Assembly: GCA_964016885.1 (NCBI GenBank) | Contig: OZ024741.1 | Location: 153,512,001-153,576,000, forward strand | Direction: 5' to 3' | Length of the DNA stretch: 64,000 bases | From: Eledone cirrhosa | Taxonomy: Eukaryota | Shown: positions 12,366 to 26,589 of the stretch, piece by piece | Layout of the letters: every line of letters begins with the position of its first letter | How positions within the stretch are numbered: position 1 is the stretch's first letter | Translations under genes and position numbers: made by a program | The notes under the pieces: model-generated | Database searches by the model: none | Told to the model about the DNA's origin: nothing | Seen by the model: the letters and a program-made list of their open reading frames with translations, nothing else

Positions 12366-13009
12366 TAATTCATTGCCTTGTTTGACACCACCACATGACC
12401 CTTGGATGCCTTTAGCTGAGTTCATTCTATTGCCCAGTTTAACTCCACCACCTGGCCTTTGGATGTCTTTAGCAGTCTACTCTGTTGCTCGGTTTAACGG
12501 CACCATCTGATCTTTGGGTGCCTTTAGTGGAGTCCACTCTATTGTAAACATTAGGACTAGGTCTCCAATTTGAGAATATCTTCCTCCATCTCTCAGAGGC
12601 CCTGAAAAGGGTCATGGGCACTGTCCTCCTCTCACTGACTAAACAGTAAAAAAAGGTGTAGTTGTGGTGTAAACTGTAGTGTGAAATAAGGTGTCTGTAA
12701 CCGCCATACTTTACAGCCTTCAGTTCTTATATTTATATAGTTGTGGCTGTGTGGTTTAGAAGTTCACTTCTAAAGTATGTAGTTCTGGGTTCAGTCCCTC
12801 TGCTTGGCACTTTGGGCAAGTGCCTTCTGCTATTGCCTTGAACAAACCAATATCTTGTGAGGTGAATTTGGTAGGTTGAAACTTTGAAGTATTTATGTAT
12901 GTATGTGTGTGTGTTTGTGTATGTCTTCACTGTCAAAACACCCTTAACTCTGTACTGAAAAGCATGAATTGGTGTCAAGAAGGGCCATAGAAATTTTGCA
13001 TGATATAAG

Positions 13010-13421
13010 TAGAATCATAATTGTTTCTACTTTTGGCACAAGGCCAGCCATTACCCAGTGCATTACTGGTACTTTATTTTATCGACCCCGTAAGGATGAA
13101 AGGTAAAGTTAACCTCAACGGGATTTGAACTCAGACCGTAAAGGGGCGTAACTATGCTGGAAAGCATGGCGTCCAACCCTCTACCGATACTGCCAATTCA
13201 CCGCTATATAGTAGAATTTTAATTGTTTCTACTTTTGGCACAAGGCCAGCAATTACCCAGTGCATTACTGGTACTTTATTTTATCGACCTCGTAAGGATG
13301 AAAGGCAAAGTTAACCTCGGTGGGATTTGAACTCAGAATGGCAAGGGCCGTAACTCTTTGCTGCAAAGCATGGCGTCCGACTCTCTACCGATACTGCCAT
13401 CCACCGCCCTAGAATCATAAT
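13010..13421 (-). mobile_element. Tandem pair of tRNA-derived SINEs with a Deu/Nin-like central domain
   Basis: Two head-to-tail units of about 200 bp, minus strand gcctttcatccttacggggtcgataaaataaagtacc, flanked by tagaatcataat. A close copy lies at 54436-54625 (+). Older relatives at about 6600, 15385, 16550, 24000, 26100, 28050, 46730 and 49020. Confidence 0.7.
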
Positions 13422-13960
13422 GAAAGATGGACAGTTAACTATGAAAGAAATCAATATTCTTAATATACATTTTTTTCATTCCTTTCTTTCTTGTGCCCAC
13501 AAAGAAAGCATTAGTTTATTATAGGAACACTGTTAAAAAACACATGCATATATCAAATGTTTCAGTTATAGGTAATAATGATACATGTGGCCAATGTCAC
13601 CTTGGGTGGTAACCCTAATCTATTGCCCAGTTTAACACTACCATCTGGCCTTTGAGTGCTAGACTTAATATTGCCCAGTTTAACACCAACTAGACCATGG
13701 ATGACTTTAGTGGAGTCCTTTCTGTTACAAACATCCCGACCAGGGCCCCAGTTTTAGAGTAACTCCTTCCAACTAAAAAATCATGGGCACTGACCTTCCT
13801 TTCTTCCTGGCTAAACACTAACCCATGACTTCTTCCCACCATGATAAATGCAATTCCATATAAATGGTAACATTTCATTTTTTCCTTGAAGTTTCTCTGT
13901 ACTTTGTTTAGAATATCCTTCTGATTTGATATGTATTTTATTCTAAATTATAATTTTGTT

Positions 13961-14220
13961 TTAACCCTTTTGTTACCATATTTCTGGTGAAATACACTGC
14001 CTATGATTTTCAAATAATTTTTTAAATAATCGAGAATTTTGAGATATTTAGTAATATAACTTACTCATTACTTACCTGGTTTTGAAGCATAACTAAATAA
14101 ACGTTTTTACATAAAATTATAATGGAAGATTTTAGATAAATATAAACACTTTAAAACATACAATTTTGTACCATAGAACCAGGGACGATGTCAGTTGGTT
14201 TGATCTCAAAAGGATAAAAT
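13961..14220 (+). mobile_element. About 220-260 bp TTAA-CCC MITE family (representative copy)
   Basis: TTAACCCTTTTGTTACCATATTTCT...TCAAAAGG. Copies at about 15063, 17019, 21150, 46266 and 55853 (+), and 18590, 20530 and 22570 (-). Confidence 0.65.
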
Positions 14221-16251
14221 TTAATTTGAGGTTTTCAAAGGAAATTTTTCCTCTGTATTATTATCATCATATTTAGGGAATATCTGCTGTCTTGGCTGAT
14301 TGCTTTAATTTTCAGGAAATCCATTTTCTATTTGGATTATTTTATCTTACATATAAACTGAGCCATACTGACTGGTGATATCTCGTAATAGAAAATACCT
14401 GTCCATCAGTACAAACAGTGACAGAAATGATACAAGGTTAGGCTGACTGGCAAGATGCCATAATACAAAAGACCCACCTACCTGTACACACTGTAAAGTG
14501 ATGGTCATTGGTGTTAAGAAAAATATCCAGCCATAGAAACCATGTCAAAAATGGAGTGTATGAGCAAGATAGTTCACTCTGACCCTTCTGGTCTTAATCC
14601 ATGATGATGATAAACTGATGTTTCTAATTTTTATCAAACAAAACACAGTTAGTTGCCTCATAATCATTGTTTTTGTCCATTTTTCTCATACTGGCATGGG
14701 TTAGATGAAACTCTGTGAGGCTGTATTCTTCGGTTAAATGCCCCTCTTGGTTCCAACTTTTAGGTATTGATCCATAGCATGTTAAACCCTGGTGTTGTAG
14801 GGCATAAACAAACACTATTGCTAGCAGTATTAAATTTGAAGACAGTTTCCATCTACCAGTTTCATACCCAAAGTATTGATCACCTCAAGACTGTAGTAAA
14901 AGACACTTGTCCAAGATGCAACACAGTGAGATAGATCCTAAAACCATGTGATTGCAAAGTGAACTTGTTAGCCAAAAAGCATACTGTGCTTTTACACAAC
15001 AATATTACATAAAATTGGTTTGGTCACTTTTCTTTATCTTGACAAAGCTATTCTGTAATACTTTAACCCTTTCAGCACCATATTTCTAATGAAATACACT
15101 GTATTTGAATTATTTAACCCCTTTTATGCCTTGTTTCTGATGAGATATATTGCTTATGCTTTCAAATTAATTTTGAAAATCAAAAAATTTGGAGGGATTT
15201 AGTAATTGTAAGTTGGTGTTTGGAACACACCTGAACAAAATATTGTGAAATAAAATAATGATGGCCTAGTTTTAATATAATTCTAAGCATTCTTGATGTC
15301 AACAATATGTATTACAAGAGGTTCTATGAGATATTTGGTAGATTGACTTGAGACACATCATCAATATTTTTACATCCTCTTAGGGTAGTGGATTGGCAAA
15401 GTTGGTAGAGCATTGGATAAAGTGTTTCTCATTATGTTCTGGTTGTTTATGTTGAGTTTAAATCTCACTGAGGTCAACTTTGTCTTTTATTCTTTTGATA
15501 AGATAAAGTACCAGCAAAATGTTGGCTTGATATAATCAACTTTTTCCCCTCTCCACAAATTCCTGGCCTTGTACCTAAATTAGAAACCATTGTTTTACAT
15601 CTGTTTTCCATATTGGCATAGGTTGGATGAGCCATCATAGCTTGAGACTAAACTGGTCCAAGAACTACATCTTGTTCATATGTTCCATAATCATGTACAG
15701 AACTGTATATATGCCGGATGTATAGGCGGATTAGTTGATAACAAAGGGTCGCTCCTTTAGTTAAAGAACAAACTATAAAGCATATGTCAAACATATGATG
15801 CTACAGGCTGCATGTTGAACAATTGGTTGATAACTGTTAACAGAACCATTTGTTTAAGAAATTTTATTGTTGACAAACTATTCCACTCTTCACTCTTTGA
15901 TGTTTCTGTGTTGTGGCATTCATTCATTTTAAAGTAACAACAATTAACACTTCAGTGCTGGTGATAGAAAGTCAAAATGTTTACAAACAGTTCCAGCTCA
16001 TTCCATTCCTCCCTTCTCTATCTGCTCTTCTCTCTATCTCTCCTTCCTCTCATTAGATTTCCCTTTCCCAATATGATGTCAGGTGGGGGATGTGGCACAA
16101 ACAGGTGATTCACTAGAATTATGTTTGTTTACACTCCAATTGACAATGGTCCACTGGTATTTTCATTCTCCCAATACTGATACATTTTTACAGAATTGTT
16201 AATGAAGCCATAATAACCCTGAAAAACACAATCTGTGAATGACACTTCTTT

Positions 16252-16307
<56 letters not shown>

Positions 16308-17609
16308 GTGGTTGAAATTATTTCAGTTTTAAGAATTGGAATCAATAAAATGTTAATACTCTCCCCCTCATAATAGAACTCTGGCCCCTATCATTAAAAC
16401 ATCCAAGATATCTCCTGTGTGGTGCAGCCTCATAGGAAGCCAGCTGAACTAACACCCCCTAGTTAAAATATTTGAATACCTACATAATGGTCTTTTGTTT
16501 TTTTCTAAGTGTTATTTATAACATGTTTATATTGTTATTAACTAGCTTCAGACAGCAAATTAGAGCCATCAGAACGTTGGATAGAATGTTTTGCAGTATT
16601 CGTTTCAGCTCTCTGCACTCAAATCCCTCTGAGGTCAACTTTGCCTTTCATTTGTTAAAGATCGATATAAAAAAAAAAAGTACCAGTCCATTACTGGTGT
16701 CGATTCTTCTTCTATATCTTTTTATCACTCTCTTCCTTGGAAGAAATTGTTCAATCTGGAGAGGATGTGCTTCACCAGATTTTAAATGCCCAGGACATGT
16801 TCTATGTAACTACAGGACCCCTATGACTCCATCAGAAATTACAGGTCCATACATACATAACTAGTTTCACTTTCTATTCATTGTCTGTTACCCCTAATAT
16901 ACTGTTGAAGTTTTTTGTTAATAAACATCAATTAGTCATTGCTTTGTAAATTGACCCCACAATTTTCACCTGATCTACTTTTTAATTATTGGTATTACTG
17001 CTATTATCATTGTTTTGTTAACCCTTTCATTACCATATTTCTAATTAAATACTTTGTATTTTAATTAAGAATTTGGGAAGATTACTAAAATTATAATTTC
17101 ATTAAGATGGTATTTGTAGCATAACAAATGGTTCTTAAATTATAATTTTCCAAAGTAATTCTATATAAGTAGAAACCTTTTAAAAAGGGATTTTGTTTCA
17201 TAGATACAGAGGCAGTTTTGGGAGGTTTGATTTGTTTTTTCAACATCATTTTACATCAACTTTTTCATACTGGCATGGGTCAGGTGACTGTGGCTTGCTT
17301 AGATACATTCCAATTTGACATGGTTTCTACTGTTGGATGCCCTTTATAAGGCCAACTACTTTAGTGTATTAGGTATATTTTATTGTGGCACCAACACAAG
17401 AGAGGCTGTTTTGACCTTGATACAACTAAAAAGACCTCTCAACCCTTAAAAAGTTATATAAATTAACTAAAAATGTATTTCAATATTTAATGTGATGTAG
17501 TCATATTGCTGTTTTGTACTTTTTCAAGAATATTTTGCTAATGTGGTTTCGTGTGGTACAGGACATTGAGTTGAATATCATCATCATTATAAGTTTTGTC
17601 TTTTTACGT

Positions 17610-18060
17610 GCTGTCATGGGTTGGATGAACTTTTTGAGATGAACTCAAGCTGGATTTCTTTCCTGGGCCAACTCTTGTATTTTAGTAAGGTACTGATCAT
17701 TCCACATCTAACTGTTGAGTAGTGGGATCTCACTTTACATGAAATGTAAACAAATATCACCACCTGTGTTGTTGAAGGTGAAAAGAAGAGACAGCATGTA
17801 GACAGACGAGATGTAATGGGTGGACATGGAGGGTAAGACTTCATATGTGGCAGATTCAACAGTAAGAGTACTCAATAAATAAACTCTCTCACTTGAAGTG
17901 ATAGAAAGCTTTCACTATCTAGGAGTTGAGGTGGATGTACTGAAAGCATTAGCCAGAATGAGAAGAGGGTGGAAGTAGTTCAGCGAGCTGTTACCTCTTC
18001 TGACAACAAAGGACTTCTCTGTCAGGGTGAAGGGCAGATTATATGATGTATGAACATAAG
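17610..18060 (+). mobile_element. RTE-clade LINE RT remnant
   Basis: EVIESFHYLG..RRGWK*FSELLPLLTTKDFSVRVKGRLYDV, degenerate. Confidence 0.6.
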
Positions 18061-18763
18061 CAAGATGAGGTCACTCTGACCCATTTCCTCTCAGACTGTG
18101 ATAACCCATCCAATCCATGCCAGCGTGAAAAGCAGACATAAAATGATGATATGACAGACTTCTTTACAGTTTCTACCTACCAAATTCATTCACCAGGCAT
18201 TGGTTCATCCTGGGCTCCAGTAGAAGACACTTGCCCAAGGGGGCTACTCTGTAGAACTTTGACACACCATGCCTACACCTATGTCATTGGAATTATTCAA
18301 TAATAGGATCAAATTTTTTTTTTTTTTTTTTCTAATAATAAAATATATTTATTCACATTTACACAAAGTGAAAACTTTTGATGTTTTCTTTCATTAAATA
18401 TTTCTGACATACTCTGTAGTTGTACAATATATTTTTTTAGTTATTTACTTTTCAATTTTCCAGTTAATATATTAAATTAAAAAAAAGTTTGTCCTTGTTG
18501 ACATTGTTTCAACTGTTTTGATACTAACCCACCTGAGATCACCCCTAGTCTGTGAATCAAGTCCACTCCTTTTAGATTGTTTATATATAAATTTAAACTT
18601 TTTGTGTAATGTTCCAAACACCAGCTTAATAAAAGAACTTATTTTACTTAATTCTTCCAAATTCTTGATTATTTTCAAAATTAATTGAAACAGTATATTT
18701 CTTAAGAAATGTAGTAATGAAATTCAAATAAACTTAACATACTCACTCTTTATTATTTTGCAG

Positions 18764-18918
18764 GAAAATGCTGAATTCATAAATTCAATAGATGCAGATT
18801 CAGCTGACACATTTGACCAGTCACATGTTGATGCAATAAAGTCTCTCTGGACAGATGAAGGAATGCAAGAGTGTTATGATAGACGAAGAGAATATCAACT
18901 TACAGATTCAGCTAAATA
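18764..18918 (+). CDS. GNAQ: Gq alpha coding exon 3
   Basis: tttgcag|[51 protein letters not shown](Y)|gtaag. 155 nt, in phase with exons 2 and 4. Confidence 0.97.
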
Positions 18919-21611
18919 GTAAGAAATTTTACTTTTTAACATTTTAGTAATTGAATGGGTTTAGTGGGGTTTTCTGGCTGGATTGCTTTTCTATCACCAA
19001 CCACTTTACAGTGTGGACTGGGTGCATTTTATCATGACACCTGCACCAGAGAAGCTGTCTGCCGGGACTAAAGAGTCCTCTCTACCCTATATTAGTTTTA
19101 ACTCAGTAATTGCTCTCCTAAACAGGTTGCCTTCTCTACAGCATACAGAGTCCTCATCTATCACATGCAGTTGTTTCACTCTGTGGAGTGCAGGGCCATT
19201 GAGGTGTTCTCTGTGCATCTCAGACCTTCCATATATGTGGGCCAGGAGCAAAACAAACAAAACAAATTCAAAAGTGTGCCATTACAAAAATAAGTTGCTT
19301 GTCCCTGGTTTAGATATTATCCTCAGACTTCATCCAGTCTAATTCATATGAACTACAACAAGCTTTTTAAATCCATTTTCTCTGCTAATGCAGAAGTTAG
19401 CCTTGTTGGCCTCCCTGATAGGTTTCATACTCGTCATTTTGTGACTAGATACTTTTCCTGGAACTAACCCTTTTAGTTATCCCTTAGAACATGCAAGGAT
19501 AGGATTTCTATATGAAATGGTAACAGCAATGTTTGTGAACTGTATGTGTGGCTGACTACTGTTGGTTGGAAAAGTATAGTAGTAAATAGCAGGATTATGA
19601 CTGAGCTCTTTATTAGTAGTAATTGTTTGTCAAATCAGCTAAGGTAAGCCTTTCTCCTGCAAGCTATATCTACATGGTGAAGGCATGTGGCATAATCATT
19701 AAGGTGTTCAGCTCAAGTTCTTAACATTGTGAGTTCAATTCCCAGCAGTGCATTTTGTCCTTCAACAAGATACTATATTTCACATTGCTCTAATCAACTC
19801 AGCTGAATTTCTCTGCGAACAATGTTAAGGGTGCATGTCTTTGTGGAATGCTTGGCCATTTGCAAAGTAATTTCACAAGCAGGCTGTTCCATTAGTTGAA
19901 CAACTGGAACACTCATCATGGGAAATGACATGTACAACATCATCATACTGGTTGCTTAATTTTTATACTCTGATGAAACTTTAGTTTTATTATCAAATAA
20001 CTTTTATCCAACACAGAGAAAAAAATATTGGTGCTTTTTTTTTTTTGCTTTTTCTTTATTTTTCATTTGGGAATATTTTTTTATTAAATTATTTCCTTGT
20101 TAAAATGAAGTTTTCAACTTCTCAGTTAGAATTTTTCTTGCTATAAGATAGTTAACATTGACATTAATCTCTCCTGTCACAGAAGCTCCGAGAAGGCAGT
20201 AAGCGCTGCCCCTTTGTCCAGGCTTACCTAGTAAAAAAAAAAAACAAAGAACATTGTATAGTGCTTGATATAGGGTTTACACACACACAATTTATACCTT
20301 GTTGCAGCAATGAATAGAGACAAAGGATATCAAGTATATACAGAATCTTGGGAAAAAAATCAATAACTTCCATTTATCTATATTATTTCCAGCATGAAAA
20401 TCTCGTATATCTCAAGTATTTAATTTTCCTAGCATATTATGTATATCTAACCCAACAGATTTTATTTTATGCTGGTCTGATTATATTTATGATTTGTCTT
20501 TGATTGATCAATTAGTATTTCTGTGTAAGGTTGACTCTTTTGATACCAAACTGCCTGAAACTGCCCTTGGTTATTCAAAACAAAACTGTTTTAAAGTGTT
20601 TATATTTATAAGATATTCCAACATTTTATGTGAGATACATTATTAATGAGTAAAGTTAGTTATATTATTAAAGTCTTCCAAATTCTTGATTATTTTCAAA
20701 ATCATTTGAAAACCATAACTGTCTTTTGCTAGAAATATAATAATGAAAGGTTTAACCAATATCCCCTGACTACAAAACAGTTTGTGAAGTAGTAGAGGAA
20801 AGAAGTTTTCTTTTTTTTTCCATTTACTTAGAACAAAATGCTTAACTTTTTTTCGACTTTAACTATATTGTCTAAGGAATTTCATTTGACACTTTGCCCT
20901 CTATGATATACTATATTTCTGATCATTTTTATTATAATCAAGAATAATAATATGATTAACTTTGTCATTATCACTAGAGCGTCTGACAATATGCTTTGTG
21001 GCATATAGTTATGGTCCTTATGTTCTGAATTCAATTCCTGTCGAGGTTAGCTTTATGGGGTTGATAAAATAAAGTATCAGTAACGCAATAGGGTTGATTC
21101 TCGACTTCCCTTTAAATTGCTGGCCTTATGCCAAATGTAGAAACAATTATTAAGCTGGTCTTTAGAGCATAACTTAACATAAATTCTTTTGTAAAATTAT
21201 GATGGAAGGTTTTTAGATAAATAAACACTTCAAAACAGTTTGGTGTCGTAAAACTAGGAGCAGTTTCAGGTGCTGTGGTATAAAAAGGGTTTATGTTAGA
21301 GATACTAAAACTACCAAAATTTAAATTCTTATAAATGTGAATTATTTTTGGCCTAGATTTTTGTTTCAATCTATTTAGTTGGTAAAATAAATTGTGTAAG
21401 TGGTTGAGTATTCCACTGATATGTATGTACTCAGGGAAATTCAGTGAGACACAGTGTGTGACAAGGAGAGCCTTTTAAATTACAGGCATAGTCGTATCGA
21501 ACAGGCTTGCAAATAGTTTCTGGACGTCTTGGGGGAGAATAAAATACTAAGATCTCTACATTTTATGTAAACTAAATGAGAGCAACGTTGTCTTCTCCCT
21601 CTTTTAGTCAC

Positions 21612-21923
<312 letters not shown>

Positions 21924-22178
21924 TGCTCCCCCTCTCTATATAAATTGAGCTTGATGGATGGACGGACAGACAGATAGCGCTCTTATTATAATATAGATTT
22001 GTGGAGTGAAACAATGGAAATATGGAGGTCTGTATATTTTATGATATTTGTAGAGTGAAGCAATAGGAAAAGATGGGTGTCTAAGTCTTATGTAAATTTG
22101 TGGTATGAAACAATGAAAATAGTCTTGAATGTTTTACGAGTTAGTTAAGGATGTTCCTAACATTTCTTTCTTTTTCAG

Positions 22179-22307
22179 TTATCTAGATGATGTTGATCGT
22201 ATCCATGAACCTGGCTATATCCCCACATTACAAGATATTCTCCGAGTGCGAGTACCGACAACTGGTATTATAGAATACCCCTTTGATTTGGATAGTATAA
22301 TTTTTAG
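22179..22307 (+). CDS. GNAQ: Gq alpha coding exon 4 (switch I, catalytic Arg)
   Basis: tttttcag|[42 protein letters not shown](R)|gtgagt. 129 nt. Confidence 0.98.
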
Positions 22308-23711
22308 GTGAGTTGTTGATTGATGATATGGAAGCTATCATGTTTAACTGCAATTCTTTTTCTTCAGATCCATGTTGGGTGAGAATTTTTATGAAGTGAG
22401 GATTTGACATTCCCTGACTAATATGAAATTAATGAAATAGTTCTATGTCTAACCTTCAATGTTTTCATACTTTTCATTTTCTAAGTGCTAGGAAATATAA
22501 ACTTTTTAAGTTTAAAACTTATCAAATCTCACAGGCAGAAAACAGGTGAATGTTAGTTTTGAATATTTTATCCCTTCTGATACCAAGCAGCCTAGAACCA
22601 CTTCTAGTTCTACAATACAAAGCCATTTGTATTCATGTTTAAATTTAAACATTCCATCATAAGTTCATGTAAGAAAAATTTAAGTTTCAAACATTGGCTT
22701 AAAAACAAAAAAGTTATTTTACTAAATCCCTCTAAATTCTTGATTGTTTTTTTAATTAATTGAAAATCATTGGCAAAAATATGGTAACAAAAGAGTTTAA
22801 TGGTTTAATGGTTCTCTTGTTGCTTGGATTCAAAGATGGTGTCAGCCACTTTACCATGAATTAAGACTAGAATTTATTTGAGTTGAAGGAGCCTCGACAT
22901 AGCTGTTAAACCTGTGAGAAATTACAGCCAAATCTTCCTCAAATCATGTTCTTCATTTTAAAAAAGAGGAATGAAACATTAGATAATGTAGACAGGAGTA
23001 CACTATACTTCGGTGGCATTGTCATGGCTGGAATGCTTTTAATCATAGGTCTACTCAATCATGGCTAACAGGTGTCTAAATAAACATGTTGCTGTAATAT
23101 GTTATATATTTGATGATGATTTTACTTACTAATAGATTATTTCTTATTAGATAAAAGGTATATATATGATATCTGTTCTGTAGTTATAGTATATTGCTCT
23201 TCATCTCTGCCTTCAAATATATAATATAGTAAACTGTTGATCAGGCTTGAGACCATATGGTTGCAAAACAAACTTCTTATCCACACAGCCATGCCTGTGT
23301 CCCTATTTGTATTAATAACACTGATTGCATCTGCTAGTGACTATGGTAAAACTGGAACACAGCGCCAAGTTAATGAAAGCAAGTTGTACTTAATGATGAT
23401 TTAGGCTCAAGGCCAACAATTTTGGGAAGAAGACAGTCAATTAAATCAACCACAGAAATATGAAAGGTAAAGTTGACTTCAGTGGGTTGTGGAAAGAGCT
23501 GGAATAAATACTACATTTGTCTGATGCATGGGTTGGATGGGTCTTTTCCAGCACAGCATCCTTAAATATAAAATAACAATTTGTATGTTGTAGTATTGAT
23601 TTATCAAATACATAACATTGCAGAGTTCAATATTGAAATAGTTTTTGATAAGCTTAGTTTGAAAAAAGAAAATTTCTACATGGTTTTAAATTGTATTTGC
23701 TTCTTTTCTAG

Positions 23712-23841
23712 AATGGTTGATGTTGGTGGGCAGCGATCAGAGAGACGGAAGTGGATTCATTGCTTTGAAAATGTTACGTCCATCATGTTTTTAGTAGCCT
23801 TAAGTGAATATGATCAGGTCCTGGTGGAATCAGATAATGAG
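23712..23841 (+). CDS. GNAQ: Gq alpha coding exon 5 (G3 DVGGQ, switch II/III)
   Basis: ttttctag|[43 protein letters not shown]|gtatac. 130 nt. Confidence 0.98.
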
Positions 23842-24596
23842 GTATACTAAAAAGATATAAATTTGTCTTACATGTTTGTTAGTGTTTGTTTTCTAAGGTC
23901 TACTTCAAATAAGTAGTATTTAACTGGATTGCTGTACATTTTACTATAGCTTATATAATATGTTGTATGTATAGACCTGTAACTCTAGGAGTGCTATAGT
24001 GGATAGTGTTTCTTGGGCATTTTAAGCCAAGCAGAACCCATCCCCTCTCCAGGTCTAAGCACAGCCAGTTTCTTCAAAATAAAAAGAGTAAGAGTGATAG
24101 AGAGGGAGTGAGAAAAAAATGGAGGAAGAATCAGCTTTGAAAGGATAAAAGGCAAAGTTGATCTCTGTGGGATTTGAACTTAGAGGGCAGAGAGCCAGAA
24201 AGAATACTGCAATGCTTCTATCTGACATACTAATGACTCTGCCAATTAATCATCTAGGCATAATATAGGCTCATGCTGCCTTCTATCATAGTCCCAGTAA
24301 ATTGTTTTGATATTGATAAGAAAAAGAAAGTATTATTATTATTGAACTAGAATCAATTGAATTGATAGCTCCTGTAGTAATATAAAAAATACTTTACACA
24401 TGCACTAACATATGCATGCTCTGACTAACATCTTTTAGCTTCAGTCTGCTGTCAACACGTGTACCCACCTCAGTAGTACAAATAAAAACTATATAATTCT
24501 CACTTATTAATCTCTACATGGTAGGGTTTGAACCCATGCTTCAAGTTGCTTATCATTATTATTTTAATTTTTGTGTAAGGTCATACCTTTACATTG

Positions 24597-24912
24597 AAAT
24601 AGGCAAACAGCACAGCTCCCATGACTTTCGTAGACATTTTTTCACGCTCAGAGTTGCTGAAGCATGGAACAAACTGCCTGCGTCAGTTGTTAGCTGCCGA
24701 GACACTGCATCCTTTAAGACTCATGCTTCCCGAAATACGCCAAAACTACACCTGATGTACCCCTTCCATACACATGCACACGTGTGTATCGTGACTCGTG
24801 CACTGTTCATTTTCCTGATGTTTGTGCATTGCCCTATGTACTGTACATGCACTTTTTGATGAGTTGTGGTGCACCTGGGCACTGTACACAATATTTCATT
24901 ATTATTATTATA
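24597..24912 (+). mobile_element. CR1-group LINE 3' end (5'-truncated)
   Basis: RRHFFTLRVAEAWNKLPASVVSCRDTASFK is a CR1-like RT C-terminus, followed by a 3' UTR and an (ATT)n tail. Confidence 0.75.
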
Positions 24913-25277
24913 AGGGCCTATAGGTAATATGAGGTAAACCTAATCTGCCACATGGTTTAACACCATCACTTGTCCACTGTGTAAATTTAGCAGAGTCTAC
25001 TCTGTTGTCCAGTTTAACACCACCACTATCTGGTCATTGGGTACCTCCCAACAGTGAAGCAAACAAAAACCCTGTTTACTGTTTCCTAAAACTCCTTTTT
25101 AAATTGAGATATTTTCTGTTCATATCCACCATCCATAGATAAATAGTAAACATTTAGATTTTCAAAGTAATTATTCATTAGTTTTTGAGGATTTTAATTA
25201 TTAATCATTATTTTTTAGCAATACAAAAAAAATACATAAATTCTTTATGAATTGAAATGTTTTATTTTAAACTTTAG

Positions 25278-25478
<201 letters not shown>

Positions 25479-26589
25479 TAAAACAAAAAATATACCAAGT
25501 CCAAGTTGTTGTCAATAGATGAAAATTTTACTTCAAAGATATGACAGCTTCCATAGGGTTGGTAATCTACACAGTACATGCTATAAAATAGTTGGTAATA
25601 AGAAGGGCATTCAAAGGTTGCCAAACAAAGTATTGGGAGGACCCATCGGTTGGGTCAATGGCACATCATCTCTAGTGTTAGTGATCTACACAATATACAG
25701 ACCCAGTGCACTGTAAAATGGTTGGTGATAGAGAGGCCATCCAGCCATAGAAAGTTTGTCAAGCAAAGGGTTGGAAGGACTCTTCAGTTGTGTCAAAGAC
25801 ATAACAGCCTCTCTAGTGCTGTTGTCACAATAAAATGCCTTCGGCAGAGTATGGACCATATGTAAGATGTAGGCTTCCAGTCCATCTGAGTTGTCAGTAG
25901 CCCTGCTTGTGTACTGACTCGGCCGTTGAAGACTTGTCAACCCTTGATAGCATGGAAAACTGACATTAAATGGTGATTATCTGAGATTTTGTTTTTGTTT
26001 GCATTGTAAATGTGGTGTAATGAGAGTATGTATGAAGCCATAACACCTGATTAAGTCGGAGGAGTGTCGTTGTGACATACAACATGCTTTGGTCACTTTA
26101 AACCTGGCAGAGCACATTCCCTCTCAAAGTCTAAACACAACTTATTTCTTCCAGAGAAGAAAAGAGAGGAAATGAGAAAGAGATACAGAGGAAGGATTGA
26201 CCCCAGTACTCTTTTATTGCCCTCAAAAGGATAAATTGCAAAGTTGAACTTAGAGAGTGCAGTGACCCAGTGTGAATTCTGCAAAGCATTTTAGCCAATA
26301 TTCTAACAACTCTGCTAATTGGCCACGAACCATGAGTGCAATAGAATACATGATCAACTCTATTCATTACACTTCACTAACATATTTGCACGCATTTCAT
26401 ACTGTCTATATTGAGTTCATTTCTCAAATCCATGGATTTTTAGCTTGTTTCAACCATTTCATAACTATTAAGCTGTTTCTTTAAAAATATTTTTATTGTA
26501 TATTTAACTTTGCCTTGTTTTCCTGTAAAATGACTAATAAACTCTCTACTCCAATTAGAGATGGAGGGACCCAAAGGTTCCTCTAGCTT

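Noticed and set aside
12370-13421. CRISPR-like repeat-spacer array
   Set aside because: Eukaryotic intron. The repeats are degenerate tandem subunits and SINE copies without unique spacers or cas genes.
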